Shown here: one piece after another, positions 18,395-29,799 of the stretch
How the letters are laid out: every line of letters starts with the position of its first letter
How positions within the stretch are numbered: position 1 is the first letter of the stretch
NCBI RefSeq assembly: GCF_016789985.1
Contig: NZ_JAEUOL010000054.1
Span: 1 to 55,406 of the forward strand
Direction: 5' to 3'
DNA from: Accumulibacter sp.
GTDB taxonomy: Bacteria; Pseudomonadota; Gammaproteobacteria; Burkholderiales; Rhodocyclaceae
Length of the DNA stretch: 55,406 bases
Made by a program: the position numbers and the translations under genes
The notes under the pieces: generated by a model
Database searches by the model: none
What the model saw: only the letters and a program-made list of their open reading frames with translations
What the model was told of the DNA's origin: nothing

Positions 18395-19576
18395 CTAGTC
18401 ATCTCGCTCCGCCGTTTCTCCGGTGGGCAGCCGCATGATGAATTCAGACCCCTGACCAAGGACCGTGATCACGTCTATGCTCCCGCCGTGGGCGCGAGCG
18501 ACGCCGAGCGCAATGGCCAGACCAAGCCCGGTACCCTGACCACGCGTCGTAAAGAATGGTTCGAAGACACGCGCCTGCACCTCCGGAGCGATCCCCGGAC
18601 CCGTATCGCGCACGCTGATCAGCATCTGTCCGGTGGCAACCTCCGCACTGAGCCTTACCTCACCGCCTGCGGTGCAGGCCTGCAGTGCGTTCTCGAGCAG
18701 GTTCACCAAAGCGCCGGCCAGGGCTTTACGGCTTCCGATGAGTGGTTCATCACCAACCTCGCAGACAACCCGGAAGGCGACCTTGCGCTCAATGAACAGC
18801 GGCTGCACGATCCGTGCAGCATCGGCCAGCAGTTGCCCGGCCGACACGGTATCACGGCCGATGCTCTGGCCACGGGCAAACAGCAGCACTTCCTGGATCA
18901 GCCGCTCCAAGCGCTTGAGCTGATCCATCGCCTTGCCGGCAAAACGTACGCGTGCTGCAACCGACAGATCAGACTGGCACAGGTTGGCACTGTAAAGCAA
19001 TGCAGTCGCCAGAGGAGTCCGCAACTGATGCGCCAGCGAAGCCGCCATCTCACCCATCGCCACCATGCGCTGATTGCGCTCCAGCTCTCCCTTGAGGCGG
19101 TGTGCTGTGGTGACATCGTGAATCAGCAGGATTCGCCCGCCGGCCGAATCGAGCGGACTCTCCCCGACCGCCAGACGGCAGGAACCCAGCTGCCACTCGC
19201 TCGGCGCATCAGTTGCCGCAAGTCTGGCGCGCACCAGTTCGGGCCAGTTTTCGCCGATGATCGTCTGGCCGAACAGTTGGCAGGCCGCCGGATTGGCCAC
19301 GCTGACGCAGGCTTCGCCATCGAGCACGATGACCCCGGCTGGCAAGGCATTGAGGAGCAACGTGAGTCGCTCGGACAGCGCCTCCTTCGCCTCGTACTGC
19401 CGGCGCAACTCGCCATTGGCGATCGCCAGCTCGGCGGTCAGCGACTCGACACGAACCTGCAGTCCTTCATAGGCGAGGGTCAGTGCCTGCGAAACCTGAT
19501 TGAAGGCGTCGAAAGCCCGATGCAGTTCCTGCGCCCTGAGGTCAGGGCCGGGCAATGGCGCGCCTTCAATCATCAT
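18395..19576 (-). CDS. fleS: PAS sensor histidine kinase FleS/FlrB-like
   Basis: AHQLRTPL H-box, NLLENA, DTGPG, FEPFFTT, GTGLGL. Adjacent to fleR in the flagellar cluster. Confidence 0.88.
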   Translation of the reverse strand: MMIEGAPLPGPDLRAQELHRAFDAFNQVSQALTLAYEGLQVRVESLTAELAIANGELRRQYEAKEALSERLTLLLNALPAGVIVLDGEACVSVANPAACQLFGQTIIGENWPELVRARLAATDAPSEWQLGSCRLAVGESPLDSAGGRILLIHDVTTAHRLKGELERNQRMVAMGEMAASLAHQLRTPLATALLYSANLCQSDLSVAARVRFAGKAMDQLKRLERLIQEVLLFARGQSIGRDTVSAGQLLADAARIVQPLFIERKVAFRVVCEVGDEPLIGSRKALAGALVNLLENALQACTAGGEVRLSAEVATGQMLISVRDTGPGIAPEVQARVFEPFFTTRGQGTGLGLAIALGVARAHGGSIDVITVLGQGSEFIMRLPTGETAERDD

Positions 19577-19681
19577 CGAATGGAAAGTCCCGGGCAAGAA
19601 ACAGCTACAATAGCAACGCGATTATCAGCCTTTTTTCGCTTTTTGCCTGCCTGATCACAGGCTTTTCACCGTATCGGAAGC

Positions 19682-21421
19682 ATGGCGGCAGCCGGAACCG
19701 AGACCACTGACAGCGTGGGTGTTGCGGGCACCCCCCTTGATCGCGTGCGCGAGGCGTTGGCGCGCCTGAGCAACAAGCAGAAGGTGGTGTTGATGGTCGC
19801 CATTGCGGCGCTCATCGCCCTGGTCGTCGCGGCAGCGACCCTCCTCCGGCAAAGCGAGTTCCGGATCCTTTTTTCCAACATCGGCGAACGCGACGGCGGC
19901 GCGATCATCGCAGTGCTCGAACAGATGAACGTACCGTTCAGGTTCAACGATTCGGGCAGTGCCATCCTCGTTCCCGCCGCCAGGGTCCACGATGTGCGCT
20001 TGCGCCTGGCGTCACAGGGATTGCCCAGAGGCGGGGCGGTCGGCTTCGAACTGATGGAGAACCAGAAGTTCGGGATCAGCCAGTTTGCCGAACAGCTCAA
20101 CTATCAGCGTGGCCTGGAGGGCGAACTGGCGCGCACCATCCAGTCGATTGCTGCGGTCCAGGCGGCGCGCGTACACCTGGCGATACCGAAACCAAGCGTC
20201 TTCATGCGCGAAGAGCTGAAGCCTTCCGCCTCGGTCCTGCTCAATCTCTACCCTGGACGCTCGCTCGACCCTGCCCAGATCGCCGGCATTCAGAACCTGG
20301 TGGCGGCCAGCGTACCGCAGCTTGCGGCATCAAGCGTCACCCTGCTCGACCAGAGCGGCGCACTGCTATCGCAGATGAAGAGCAAGCTGCTCGATGCTGG
20401 CCTGGATCCGACGCAGGTCAAGTACGTGCAGGAGATCGAGGCGAGCATAATCAAACGGGTTGAAGACATCCTGGCACCCATCGTGGGACCCGGCAATGCA
20501 CGCGTCCAGATTGCCGCCGACATCGACTTCTCACAGAGCGAACAAACTGCCGAAACCCATCGGCCCAATGCGATGCCACCGGAAATCAGCATTCGCAGCC
20601 AGCAGACCAACGAAACGGCAAGCACCAGTCCTTCCGCGCAGGGTGTTCCCGGCGCCTTGAGCAACCAGCCACCGCTCCCGGCGACCGCGCCGCTGACCCA
20701 ACCCGCGGTTCCGGCGAGCACCGGTAACCCAGCGGGCGCACCGCTGCCCGGACAGATCAACGCAGCCGGAGTACAGGCGCCGATTGCCACTGTCGGGCAG
20801 CCACTCAATACCAGCAAGAGTTCAACGATCAACTACGAGATCGACAAGACCATCCGACACGTCCGGCAGTCGGTCGGCACGGTCAAGCGCCTGTCGGCGG
20901 CGGTGGTGGTCAACCAGCGCAGAGAAATTGCCAAGGACGGCAAAACAGTCAGCAAACCCTTGCCGGATGCCGAATTGAAGCAGATCAGCGATCTGGTGAA
21001 GGAGGCGATGGGTTTCAACAAGGAGCGGGGGGACAGCATCTCGGTCGCCAACGCGCCATTCACGGCGCTCGAAAAGGATGAGGGCATCCCACCCTGGCGC
21101 GACCCCGAGACGCTCTCGCTCGCCAAGGAGCTGATCAAGTACGGGGCGATCGCCGCAATCATCGCCTACCTGCTGCTCGGCGTCGTGCGGCCACTGCTCA
21201 GGACAATGCTCCCGCCACCACCACCGAGCAGCGAAAAAACGATCGGCAGCAAGATCGACCTGCTGGCCGAGGAGGAGAGTGAGGCAGCGGGCGCCGAGCA
21301 TGTGCCAACGGCCTCGGAGCTACTTGACAGAAAGATCGCCGAGGTGCGCGCCGTCGCGCAGCAGGACCCGCAAGCCGTAGCCAACATCATCAAACAATGG
21401 ACGGGTGCCAATGCCGGCTGA
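19682..21421 (+). CDS. fliF: Flagellar MS-ring protein FliF
   Basis: VGFELMENQKFGISQFAEQLNYQRGLEGELARTI, ARVHLAIP, RGDSISV. Confidence 0.97.
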   Translation: MAAAGTETTDSVGVAGTPLDRVREALARLSNKQKVVLMVAIAALIALVVAAATLLRQSEFRILFSNIGERDGGAIIAVLEQMNVPFRFNDSGSAILVPAARVHDVRLRLASQGLPRGGAVGFELMENQKFGISQFAEQLNYQRGLEGELARTIQSIAAVQAARVHLAIPKPSVFMREELKPSASVLLNLYPGRSLDPAQIAGIQNLVAASVPQLAASSVTLLDQSGALLSQMKSKLLDAGLDPTQVKYVQEIEASIIKRVEDILAPIVGPGNARVQIAADIDFSQSEQTAETHRPNAMPPEISIRSQQTNETASTSPSAQGVPGALSNQPPLPATAPLTQPAVPASTGNPAGAPLPGQINAAGVQAPIATVGQPLNTSKSSTINYEIDKTIRHVRQSVGTVKRLSAAVVVNQRREIAKDGKTVSKPLPDAELKQISDLVKEAMGFNKERGDSISVANAPFTALEKDEGIPPWRDPETLSLAKELIKYGAIAAIIAYLLLGVVRPLLRTMLPPPPPSSEKTIGSKIDLLAEEESEAAGAEHVPTASELLDRKIAEVRAVAQQDPQAVANIIKQWTGANAG

Positions 21422-22409
21422 AGACGGGGTCGAGAAGAGCGCCATTCTGCTGATTGCCCTCGGCGAGGACTACGCCGCCGAAGTGCTCAAACATCTCGGC
21501 CCGAAGGAGGTGCAAAAACTGGGTCATGCCATGGCGACGCTGAAATCCGTTCCGCGAGCACGCGTCGACGAGGTCCTGAGCGAGTTCCAGAAAACTGCCG
21601 AAGAATCAGCCGCCGTACATGTCGATACCGATGCCTATGTCCGTTCCGTGCTCACCAAGGCCCTCGGTGACGACAAGGCGTCGAACCTCATTGCGCGCAT
21701 CCTGCAACCCGGCGACACGAATGGGATCGAGGGGCTCAAATGGATGGATGCAGCGACGGTCGCCGACCTGATCAAGAATGAACATCCGCAGATCATCGCC
21801 ACGATTCTGGTCCACCTGGCGCATGATCATGCGAGCGAGATCCTCAACCAGCTTTCGGAGCGTTTGCGTAACGACGTCGTCTTGCGCGTTGCCACGCTCG
21901 AAGGTATCCAGCCGGAAGCCTTGCGGGAACTGAACGACGTCATGCTGCGCCTGCTCTCCGGCTCCGCCAACATGAAAAAGGCGGCGAAGGGTGGCGTGCG
22001 GACGGTAGCCGAAATGCTCAATTTCATGGGGAGTGCCAACGAAACGGCGGTCCTCGACTCGATCCGGGAATACGATCCCGACCTCGCACAGAAAATTCTC
22101 GACGAAATGTTCGTCTTCGAGAATCTGCTTGACCTTGAAGACCGGGCCATCCAGCTGCTGCTGCGTGAGATTCAGTCCGAGTCGCTCATCCTCGCCATGA
22201 AGGGCGCCACCGAACCGCTGCGCGAGAAGATCTTCAGAAACATGTCGCAGCGAGCGTCGGAAATGCTGCGCGAGGATCTTGATTCCCGTGGCCCGGTGCG
22301 ACTCTCGGAAGTGGAGGCGGAGCAGAAGGAGATCCTCAAGATAGTGCGCCGCCTCGCCGACGAGGGCCAGATCGTGCTCGGCGGTTCCGGTGGCGAGGAA
22401 ATGGTCTGA
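21411..22409 (+). CDS. fliG: Flagellar motor switch protein FliG
   Basis: EHPQIIA, MFVFENL, NMSQRA, GPVRLSEVE. Confidence 0.97.
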   Translation: MPAEDGVEKSAILLIALGEDYAAEVLKHLGPKEVQKLGHAMATLKSVPRARVDEVLSEFQKTAEESAAVHVDTDAYVRSVLTKALGDDKASNLIARILQPGDTNGIEGLKWMDAATVADLIKNEHPQIIATILVHLAHDHASEILNQLSERLRNDVVLRVATLEGIQPEALRELNDVMLRLLSGSANMKKAAKGGVRTVAEMLNFMGSANETAVLDSIREYDPDLAQKILDEMFVFENLLDLEDRAIQLLLREIQSESLILAMKGATEPLREKIFRNMSQRASEMLREDLDSRGPVRLSEVEAEQKEILKIVRRLADEGQIVLGGSGGEEMV

Positions 22410-22423
22410 GACTGCCAAGAGCG

Positions 22424-23140
22424 ATGAACAACTGGATTCCCCACGAGAAACAGAACACCTACCAGCGCTGGCAGCTCGCCACCTTCGATGGCAAGCAGTC
22501 GGACGGAACGACGGCGCCCGCCCCGGTCGGTCCACCGGTGACTGAAGCAAACCCGCAACAACCGCCCCCCGGACCCCTGCTTGCCACGCAGACGCCGGCG
22601 GTCGCCCTGCCAAGCTCCGAGGACGTCGAGCGCGTGTACCGCGAGGCGCAGGAGGCAGGCCATGCGGCGGGCTATGCCGCAGGCCATGGCGAAGGCATTG
22701 CTGCCGCGCAAGCCGCGGCACAGGCGATGGCCAAGCTGATGGACAACCTGACACAGGCGATGGCGAGCATCGAACAGGGTGTTGCCGATCAGTTGCTCGG
22801 CTTGGCCATCGAAATCGCCAATCAGGTATTGCGGCAGAGCCTGCGCCTGCAACCGGAGCTCATCCTGCCGGTGATCAGGGAAGCGGTAAACGCCCTTCAT
22901 CCACATCACGGTCAGCCACAGCTCTTCGTGCACCCGGACGACGCAGAACTGGTACGCAACCAGCTTGGCGAGCAACTCGCGCATGGTAACTGGCGAATCA
23001 TCGACGACGGCACACTGACCCCAGGTGGCTGCCGGATTGAACTCGGCGCCAGCCAGGTGGACGCGACACTGGAAACGCGCTGGCGACGCGTCATCGAAGC
23101 GATTGGCGTCAGCCAGGAATGGCTCCAGGCACAGCCATGA
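22424..23140 (+). CDS. fliH: Flagellar assembly protein FliH
   Basis: GxxxG repeats, [19 protein letters not shown], and gene order. Confidence 0.93.
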   Translation: MNNWIPHEKQNTYQRWQLATFDGKQSDGTTAPAPVGPPVTEANPQQPPPGPLLATQTPAVALPSSEDVERVYREAQEAGHAAGYAAGHGEGIAAAQAAAQAMAKLMDNLTQAMASIEQGVADQLLGLAIEIANQVLRQSLRLQPELILPVIREAVNALHPHHGQPQLFVHPDDAELVRNQLGEQLAHGNWRIIDDGTLTPGGCRIELGASQVDATLETRWRRVIEAIGVSQEWLQAQP

Positions 23141-23153
23141 AATCGATGGCTCG

Positions 23154-24572
23154 ATGACCGACCAAACCGGCAACCCGCAGCTCGCCGCCTGGCGCGCTTT
23201 CCTGGACGGCTGCCGCCAAGCGGCGAGCCAGGCCAGCTCGCTGCTGCCGAGCGGCCACCTGACGCGCATCAACGGACTGGTCATGGAAGCTTCGGGACTC
23301 AAATTGCCGCTCGGCAGCTCTTGCCGGATCATGCCGCTGGGCGGCTCACCGATCGAGGCCGAGGTGGTCGGTTTCCATGGCGAGCGTCTCTTCCTGATGC
23401 CCACCGAAGACGTCTATGGCCTTTCGCCAGGCGCCCGGGTGGTCGCTCTCGAAACACCCAACCAGCCACCGCGTATCGGTCAGCCACCACCCGCCCGGCG
23501 CCGTTCCATCGACCGCGCCAAGCTGGTCCCGGTTGGTGACACGCTGCTTGGTCGGGTGCTTGACGGGGCCGGCCGGCCGCTCGACCGATTCGGTCCGGTG
23601 CATGCCCGGTCGCTGCGTCCGCTGCACAGCCGGCCGGTCAACCCGATGTCCAGGGCACCGATCGAGCAAGTGCTGGATGTCGGCGTGCGCGCCATCAATG
23701 CCCTCCTCTGTGTCGGGCGCGGCCAGCGAATGGGGCTGTTTGCCGGCTCCGGTGTCGGCAAGAGCGTACTGCTCGGCATGATGGCCCGCCACACCGGGGC
23801 GGACGTCATTGTCGTCGGCTTGATCGGCGAGCGAGGCCGTGAGGTCAAGGAGTTCATCGACCAGATTCTCGGTGAAGAAGGACTGCGGCGGGCGGTCGTC
23901 GTTGCCGCACCGGCCGATGTCAGCCCGCTGATGCGCCTGCAGGGAGCCGCCTACGCCACCTGCATCGCCGAATATTTCCGTGATCGCGGCCGGCACGTCC
24001 TCCTGATCATGGACTCGCTCACCCGTTATGCCATGGCGCAACGCGAGATCGCGCTGGCCATCGGCGAACCACCGGTCACCCGCGGCTACCCACCCTCGGT
24101 TTTCGCCCGTCTGCCACAACTCGTCGAACGTGCAGGCAACGGCCGCGACGGTGGAGGGTCGATCACCGGCTTCTACACCGTGCTGGCCGAGGGTGACGAC
24201 CAGCAGGACCCGATTGCCGATGCTGCCCGGGCAATCCTCGACGGCCACATCGTTCTGTCGCGCACACTTGCCGACGCCGGCCATTACCCCGCGATCGATA
24301 TCGAACAGTCGATCTCACGCGCCATGGTCAACCTCGTCAGCCCGCCCCATCTGGAGCACATTCGACGATTCAAAAGCCTCTTCTCACGCTATCAGCGCTC
24401 GCGTGATCTGATCAGCGTCGGCGCCTATGCAGTCGGCTCCGACCCGCAACTGGACCAGGCGATCGCCGCCTATCCGCGGTTCGAAGGTCTCTTGCAGCAG
24501 AGCTTGGCACAGCATGCCGACTTCGCCGACAGCCTGGCACACCTGCAGGGCCTGTTCGGCGCCGCAGCCTGA
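23154..24572 (+). CDS. fliI: Flagellar export ATPase FliI
   Basis: [44 protein letters not shown]. Confidence 0.97.
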   Translation: MTDQTGNPQLAAWRAFLDGCRQAASQASSLLPSGHLTRINGLVMEASGLKLPLGSSCRIMPLGGSPIEAEVVGFHGERLFLMPTEDVYGLSPGARVVALETPNQPPRIGQPPPARRRSIDRAKLVPVGDTLLGRVLDGAGRPLDRFGPVHARSLRPLHSRPVNPMSRAPIEQVLDVGVRAINALLCVGRGQRMGLFAGSGVGKSVLLGMMARHTGADVIVVGLIGERGREVKEFIDQILGEEGLRRAVVVAAPADVSPLMRLQGAAYATCIAEYFRDRGRHVLLIMDSLTRYAMAQREIALAIGEPPVTRGYPPSVFARLPQLVERAGNGRDGGGSITGFYTVLAEGDDQQDPIADAARAILDGHIVLSRTLADAGHYPAIDIEQSISRAMVNLVSPPHLEHIRRFKSLFSRYQRSRDLISVGAYAVGSDPQLDQAIAAYPRFEGLLQQSLAQHADFADSLAHLQGLFGAAA

Positions 24573-24628
24573 CCGGGGTAGCAAACTGGAATGCCGTCAC
24601 CTTTACGGAACCGGTCGGCTGAGGCATC

Positions 24629-25075
24629 GTGACCAGGCCCTTCCCACTGCAGACAGTGCTCGAACTGATGCGCAGTCGCAACGATCAGGCGACACAACGC
24701 CTCGCCACCCTGATCGCCACGGAACAGAGCGCGCAGAGGAAGCTCGCCATGCTGCTGCAGTATCGGGATGAGTACTCGGCGCGCTTTCGGCTGGCACTGC
24801 AAGAAGGCCTGGGACAACCCGAATGGCGCAACTACCAGGACTTCCTCGGCCGACTGGATGAAGCCATCCGGCAGCAGCAACAGACCGTCGCGTTACAGGC
24901 CGCGCATACCGCCGCCGGCCAAGCCGAGTGGCAGCAGCAACGGTCCCGCCGGAAAGCCTTCGACACGCTTTCCGAGCGGCACCGCGCGCGGGAAACCCGC
25001 CACGACCTGAAACAGGAGCAAAAGCTGCAGGACGAGTTTGCGGCACGCATCAAGGACGACGAACAGACGCCCTGA
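24629..25075 (+). CDS. fliJ: Flagellar export chaperone FliJ
   Basis: Coiled coil with LLQYRDEY, NYQDFLGRLDEAI, EQKLQDEFA, following fliI. Confidence 0.93.
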   Translation: MTRPFPLQTVLELMRSRNDQATQRLATLIATEQSAQRKLAMLLQYRDEYSARFRLALQEGLGQPEWRNYQDFLGRLDEAIRQQQQTVALQAAHTAAGQAEWQQQRSRRKAFDTLSERHRARETRHDLKQEQKLQDEFAARIKDDEQTP

Positions 25076-25082
25076 AATCTGG

Positions 25083-25098
25083 TGGCACGCGGCTTGCT
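25083..25098 (+). promoter_or_regulatory. Sigma54 promoter of fliK
   Basis: TGGCACGCGGCTTGCT, a near-perfect -24/-12 consensus in the fliJ-fliK gap. Confidence 0.85.
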
Positions 25099-25137
25099 TC
25101 TATGTTGATTGACAGGAACTCGCACAAAGGACCAGCC

Positions 25138-26163
25138 ATGACCATCGCCATTGTTACGGCGTTCATCGCGCCACCCAGCCGGGCAACGGTTGCCGACGAA
25201 ACGATCAATGGCATTGCCAACCAGGCGAATAGCGATACCGACTTTGCCAGCATCCTGCTCGGCCTGCCGGTCGGCATGGCCAATCCCGTGCCAGTTGATA
25301 GAACAACAGACAAGAGCGAGACGGAATCGGGCGAGACCAGCCTGACCACCGGCGAACTGGAGCTCATGGCGACCCGCCAGGCACCCTCCCTGACTGCGTT
25401 CGTCGCGCCATCGCCCACCACTGAGCAGAGCATTGGAACACCCGGCGGAGAGATCCCCAAGACGTCTACCGCTGCCGGCAGCACGCTGGCTGCCGGGCTG
25501 ATCAGCCCGGCGCCCGACCAGATACGCACACTGCCACCACCAACGGCAGCAACTGCCGGGGTCAAACCGGCAAATCTTGCCGTTGCCGAACCGCCACCCA
25601 CACTGCTGGAACAGACACCGACGAACGAGGTCGAGCTGCCTCTGCCGACGAGCCAGCTGAACCCCTTGCCCGCCACGCCGACAAACATCGCCCACGATGC
25701 AGGGCTGAGCAGGGAAGCCGCGCATCAGCTACAAACTCCGCTGCGCGAACCCGCCTGGGCTGGCGAACTGGGTCATAAGCTGCTCTGGTTCGCCAGCAAC
25801 GGCAAACAAGTTGCACAAATGACGCTCAATCCAGCCCAGCTTGGAACACTCGAGATCACTCTGCATCTCGACCAGGATGGCGCCAAGGCACATTTTGTCT
25901 CGGCAAACGTCGAGGTCCGCAGCGCCATCGAAATGGCCGCCCCGCGCCTGCGCGAAATGTTCGCTGGCTCCGGCATTCAGATGGGACAGGTGAGCGTCGG
26001 CAGTGAATCGCTCGGGCAGCAGGCTCAAGGTCAGCGCGATCCCTCGGCCGCCCCCCGCTGGATGACCGATAACGCTATACTTGGCACCGATCCGGCAGGA
26101 GGGCTGTCAGGGCAGCCGGTCAGCATGCAAAATGGCCGCGCAATGATTGATGTCTTCGCCTAG
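25138..26163 (+). CDS. fliK: Flagellar hook-length control protein FliK
   Basis: Pro/Thr-rich N-terminus and C-terminal domain LNPAQLG...VRSAIE...PRLREMF. Confidence 0.9.
   Translation: MTIAIVTAFIAPPSRATVADETINGIANQANSDTDFASILLGLPVGMANPVPVDRTTDKSETESGETSLTTGELELMATRQAPSLTAFVAPSPTTEQSIGTPGGEIPKTSTAAGSTLAAGLISPAPDQIRTLPPPTAATAGVKPANLAVAEPPPTLLEQTPTNEVELPLPTSQLNPLPATPTNIAHDAGLSREAAHQLQTPLREPAWAGELGHKLLWFASNGKQVAQMTLNPAQLGTLEITLHLDQDGAKAHFVSANVEVRSAIEMAAPRLREMFAGSGIQMGQVSVGSESLGQQAQGQRDPSAAPRWMTDNAILGTDPAGGLSGQPVSMQNGRAMIDVFA
25544..25588. promoter_or_regulatory. Tandem CGGCAR-N3-YTGCCG palindromes inside fliK
   Basis: CGGCAGCAACTGCCG at 25544-25558 and CGGCAAATCTTGCCG at 25568-25582, plus an extra TTGCCG half-site. 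Confidence 0.5.
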
Positions 26164-26242
26164 GCGCCGACCCTGCTCGTCGCCCGCACGGCGCTGCTGC
26201 CTGCGCGCCACGCATCGATATCACCAGGGAGAGAAACGCTGA

Positions 26243-26794
26243 ATGGCCAAGGATGCAAAGACAGCAACGGATGGCGCCGACACCGCACCCGCCAGGGACA
26301 GCAAGAAGCTTCTGATCATCATTGCGGTCCTGGTCGTGGTTCTTGGCTTGGGCGGCCTCGGTGCCTTCCTGCTGCTGAAGAGCAATGCCGAGCATGACGA
26401 CGATGCTGACGAGGCCGTGGTCGAAAAAGTCAAGCCGGCGAAGAAGAAGAAGGCGGATCTGCACGCCCCCCCGGTCTACGTTCCCATGGACGCATTCACG
26501 GTCAATCTGGTGCCGGAAAACGGCGACCAGTTTCTGCAACTGGTGGTTTCGGTCGAGGTCGACGAGGCACAGATCGGCGACCAGATCAAGCTTTACACGC
26601 CCAAGTTGCGCAACGATATCACCCTGCTCCTGTCGAGCAAGAAGGCTTCGCAATTGATCACCAAGGAAGGCAAGGAAACCCTGGCCCAGGAGATCAAGGA
26701 GCAAATGAATGGCGTGCTCGACCCGGCCAGCAAAGGGAAAAAGCGTGACTGGCCAATCAAGGACGTGTTGTTCACTTCATTCATCATTCAGTAG
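26243..26794 (+). CDS. fliL: Flagellar basal body protein FliL
   Basis: N-terminal TM, FTVNL, VLFTSFIIQ C-terminus. Confidence 0.95.
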   Translation: MAKDAKTATDGADTAPARDSKKLLIIIAVLVVVLGLGGLGAFLLLKSNAEHDDDADEAVVEKVKPAKKKKADLHAPPVYVPMDAFTVNLVPENGDQFLQLVVSVEVDEAQIGDQIKLYTPKLRNDITLLLSSKKASQLITKEGKETLAQEIKEQMNGVLDPASKGKKRDWPIKDVLFTSFIIQ

Positions 26795-26799
26795 TCGGG

Positions 26800-27804
26800 A
26801 TGAGTGCCGATTTCCTCTCTCAGGATGAGGTAGATGCCCTGCTCAAGGGCGTCACCGGCGAAGCAGACGCGGTCGAGCCGGTTGAAGAGGCCACGGACGG
26901 CCCCCACCCCTACAACCTGGGAACTCAAGAACGTATCGTCCGCGGCCGGATGCCGACGCTCGAGCTGGTCAACGAGCGTTTTGCCCGCTATCTGCGCATC
27001 GGCCTGTTCAATTACATGCACCGCAGCGCCGAGATTTCGGTCGGCTCGATACGGGTACAGAAATACAGCGAGTTCACGCGCAACCTGGTGGTGCCGACCA
27101 ACCTCAATCTGGTTGCCGCCAAGCCGTTGCGCGGTACGGCCCTGTTCGTCTTCGACCCGAGCCTGGTCTTTCTGGTCGTCGATAACATGTTTGGCGGCGA
27201 CGGCCGTTTTCACACGCGCGTCGAAGGCCGGGATTTCACGGCAACCGAACAGCGGATCATCCAGGGACTGCTCGGGATCGTGTTTACCGAGTACACCCGA
27301 TCGTGGAAACCGGTGTACGACCTGAGCTTCGAATACATCCGCTCCGAAATGAACTCGCAGTTCGCGAACATCGCCACGCCCTCGGAAATCGTCATCTCAA
27401 CCACCTTCTCCCTGGAGTTCGGCGGATCGAGTGCGGACATGCACATCTGCTTCCCTTATTCGATGATCGAACCGATTCGCGACCTGCTCTACAGCGCGAT
27501 GCAGAGCGATCAGCTGTCAACCGATCACCGCTGGATCATCATGTTGCGCAAACAGCTCAAGAACGCCGAAGTGGAGCTCATGGCGCGCCTGGCGACGACA
27601 ACCGTGAGTCTGCGTCAGATCCTGACCATGAAGGTGGGCGACATCATCCCGCTCGACATCCCTGACAAAGTCGTTGCTCTGGTCGATGAGGTGCCCCTGA
27701 TGGAATGCGCCTATGGCCAACAGGGTGGGCAATACGCGCTGAAGATCGAACGCTTCCTGGCGACAGAGAACATCGAGAGTGTTGCGGGAGAAATCAATGG
27801 CTAG
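26800..27804 (+). CDS. fliM: Flagellar motor switch protein FliM
   Basis: LSQDEVDALL, RIVRGRMPTLE, EGRDFT. Confidence 0.97.
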   Translation: MSADFLSQDEVDALLKGVTGEADAVEPVEEATDGPHPYNLGTQERIVRGRMPTLELVNERFARYLRIGLFNYMHRSAEISVGSIRVQKYSEFTRNLVVPTNLNLVAAKPLRGTALFVFDPSLVFLVVDNMFGGDGRFHTRVEGRDFTATEQRIIQGLLGIVFTEYTRSWKPVYDLSFEYIRSEMNSQFANIATPSEIVISTTFSLEFGGSSADMHICFPYSMIEPIRDLLYSAMQSDQLSTDHRWIIMLRKQLKNAEVELMARLATTTVSLRQILTMKVGDIIPLDIPDKVVALVDEVPLMECAYGQQGGQYALKIERFLATENIESVAGEING

Positions 27805-28234
27805 CGAAAACGACGATTTCGGTGATTCGGCAGCAGCGGAGGCCGGACTTGACGACGACTGGGCCGCTGCGATGGCCGAACAGGCGATGGCTGAAGGGGC
27901 TTCGGCGGCCAATGCCCGGGCTGCCAACATCTTCCCCAACTTCGAGGAGCCGGGCAACAAGGCTTCGCTGATGAACGAACTCGACATGATCCTGGACATT
28001 CCCGTCCAGATCGCAGTCGAGCTCGGACGTACCAAGATCACCATCAGGAACCTGCTGCTGCTGGCGCATGGCTCGGTTGTCGAACTCGATGCGCTGGCGG
28101 GCGAGCCACTCAACGTCTTCGTCAATGGCACGCTGATCGCACAAGGTGAAGTGGTCGTAGTCAACGACAAGTTCGGTATCCGCCTGACCGATATCGTCAC
28201 GCCCTCCGAGCGGGCACGCCGAATCGGCCATTGA
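27797..28234 (+). CDS. fliN: Flagellar motor switch protein FliN
   Basis: ILDIPV, ELGRT, GSVVELD, AQGEVVVVNDKFGIRLTDI. Confidence 0.96.
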   Translation: MASENDDFGDSAAAEAGLDDDWAAAMAEQAMAEGASAANARAANIFPNFEEPGNKASLMNELDMILDIPVQIAVELGRTKITIRNLLLLAHGSVVELDALAGEPLNVFVNGTLIAQGEVVVVNDKFGIRLTDIVTPSERARRIGH

Positions 28235-28304
28235 CGGCGCCGCGTGGCAGCCGAACAGGGTCGGCCGAGCGGCGCAAGGTTTTGACCTGAGCTGCGCTTG
28301 CTTT

Positions 28305-28787
28305 ATGATGAAAACTGGAATCAACTTCTGGCCGACCTCCTTGAATCGACACGCCACAGCGATCAATTGCCCGCGCCATGCCGCCGCCCTGCTGCCTGCG
28401 TCATTGTCGAGCACCGCCTGGGCGCAGGTGGCGGGCAGCGAAGTGCCAGCGATCAGCATGGCCACTCTGCTGCAGACCGTGCTTGGCCTGGTACTGGTCA
28501 TCGCCGTTTTCCTGCTCGCTGCCTATCTCCTGCGCCGGCTCAACGGAGGTCGTGGGTTCGGCAGCAATGGTCCACTGCGCATCGTGGGTGGTCTGATGAT
28601 TGGCCCGCGGGAGCGTATCGTGCTGGTTGAAATCTCCGACAGCTGGATCGTCGTCGGCTTGGTGCCGGGCCAGATTCGCACCCTGCATACGCTGCCGAAA
28701 GGCGAACTGGGGACCGGTAGCGATGGCCAGCGGCATTTTGCCCAGTGGCTGAAGCAGATCTCCGAGCGCAAGAATGAAGACGGCTAA
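28305..28787 (+). CDS. fliO: Flagellar biosynthesis protein FliO
   Basis: TM helix followed by [11 protein letters not shown]...IRTLHTL, located between fliN and fliP. Start uncertain. Confidence 0.9.
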   Translation: MMKTGINFWPTSLNRHATAINCPRHAAALLPASLSSTAWAQVAGSEVPAISMATLLQTVLGLVLVIAVFLLAAYLLRRLNGGRGFGSNGPLRIVGGLMIGPRERIVLVEISDSWIVVGLVPGQIRTLHTLPKGELGTGSDGQRHFAQWLKQISERKNEDG

Positions 28788-29526
28788 ACTCACCCGCTGG
28801 GTGACACTACTCGCACTGCTCACGCCGCTTGCCGCTTGGGCTCAGTCCGGAGGACTGCCGGTCGTGACCAGCACCGCCGGCGCCGGCGGCAGCCAGACCT
28901 ACACCCTGTCGGTCCAGACCCTGCTCACCCTGACCGCACTCTCGTTCCTGCCTGCGGCGCTGCTGATGATGACCAGTTTCACGCGCATCATCATTGTTCT
29001 CTCACTGTTGCGCCATGCGCTGGGAACACAAACCTCGCCGCCCAATCAGGTGCTGGTCGGGCTGGCGCTGTTCCTGACTTTCTTCGTCATGGCCCCGGTA
29101 CTCGACAAGATCCATACCAATGCCTATCTTCCCCTTGCCGAGGACCGGATCGGTTATATCCAGGCAGTCGAGAACGCAGCCGTACCACTGCGCCAGTTCA
29201 TGCTCAAACAGACTCGCGAAACCGATATTGCGCTCTTCGTACGCCTGAGCAAGACCCCCAAGCTCGAGTCCGCCGACGACATACCGCTGCGCCTGCTGAT
29301 TCCTGCCTTCGTCACCAGCGAACTGAAAACCGCGTTTCAGATCGGTTTCGTCATCTTCATACCCTTTCTGATCGTCGACATGGTGGTCGCCAGTGTGTTG
29401 ATGTCAATGGGCATGATGATGATGTCACCGGTGATGGTGGCCCTGCCATTCAAGCTGATGCTGTTTGTCCTGGTCGATGGCTGGCACCTGCTGCTGGGCT
29501 CACTGGTCGCGAGCTTCGCGACATGA
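28774..29526 (+). CDS. fliP: Flagellar export gate protein FliP
   Basis: [48 protein letters not shown]. Confidence 0.98.
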   Translation: MKTAKLTRWVTLLALLTPLAAWAQSGGLPVVTSTAGAGGSQTYTLSVQTLLTLTALSFLPAALLMMTSFTRIIIVLSLLRHALGTQTSPPNQVLVGLALFLTFFVMAPVLDKIHTNAYLPLAEDRIGYIQAVENAAVPLRQFMLKQTRETDIALFVRLSKTPKLESADDIPLRLLIPAFVTSELKTAFQIGFVIFIPFLIVDMVVASVLMSMGMMMMSPVMVALPFKLMLFVLVDGWHLLLGSLVASFAT

Positions 29527-29792
29527 CCCCGGGGGTCGTCATGGAGATCGGCCGGCAGGCAGTCGAAATGACCCTGCTGCTCTCCGCACCGCTGCTCCTG
29601 GCGGCACTGGTGATCGGCCTGATCATCAGCATCTTTCAGGCGGCGACCCAGATCAACGAACAGACCCTGTCCTTCATTCCCAAGCTGGTCGGTGTTTTCC
29701 TGACCCTGCTCCTGGCCGGCCCGTGGATGTTGCAGATCATGGTCGATTACGTGCGCAGCCTGTTCGAAAGCATTCCCCAGATCATCGGTTGA
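29523..29792 (+). CDS. fliQ: Flagellar export gate protein FliQ
   Basis: [27 protein letters not shown]. 89 aa from ATG 29523. Confidence 0.97.
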   Translation: MTPGVVMEIGRQAVEMTLLLSAPLLLAALVIGLIISIFQAATQINEQTLSFIPKLVGVFLTLLLAGPWMLQIMVDYVRSLFESIPQIIG

Positions 29793-29799
29793 GCCACCG

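Noticed and set aside
28836-29792. 318-aa ORF ending at the fliQ stop
   Set aside because: Only the last 89 codons are FliQ; the rest is an alternative frame over fliP.
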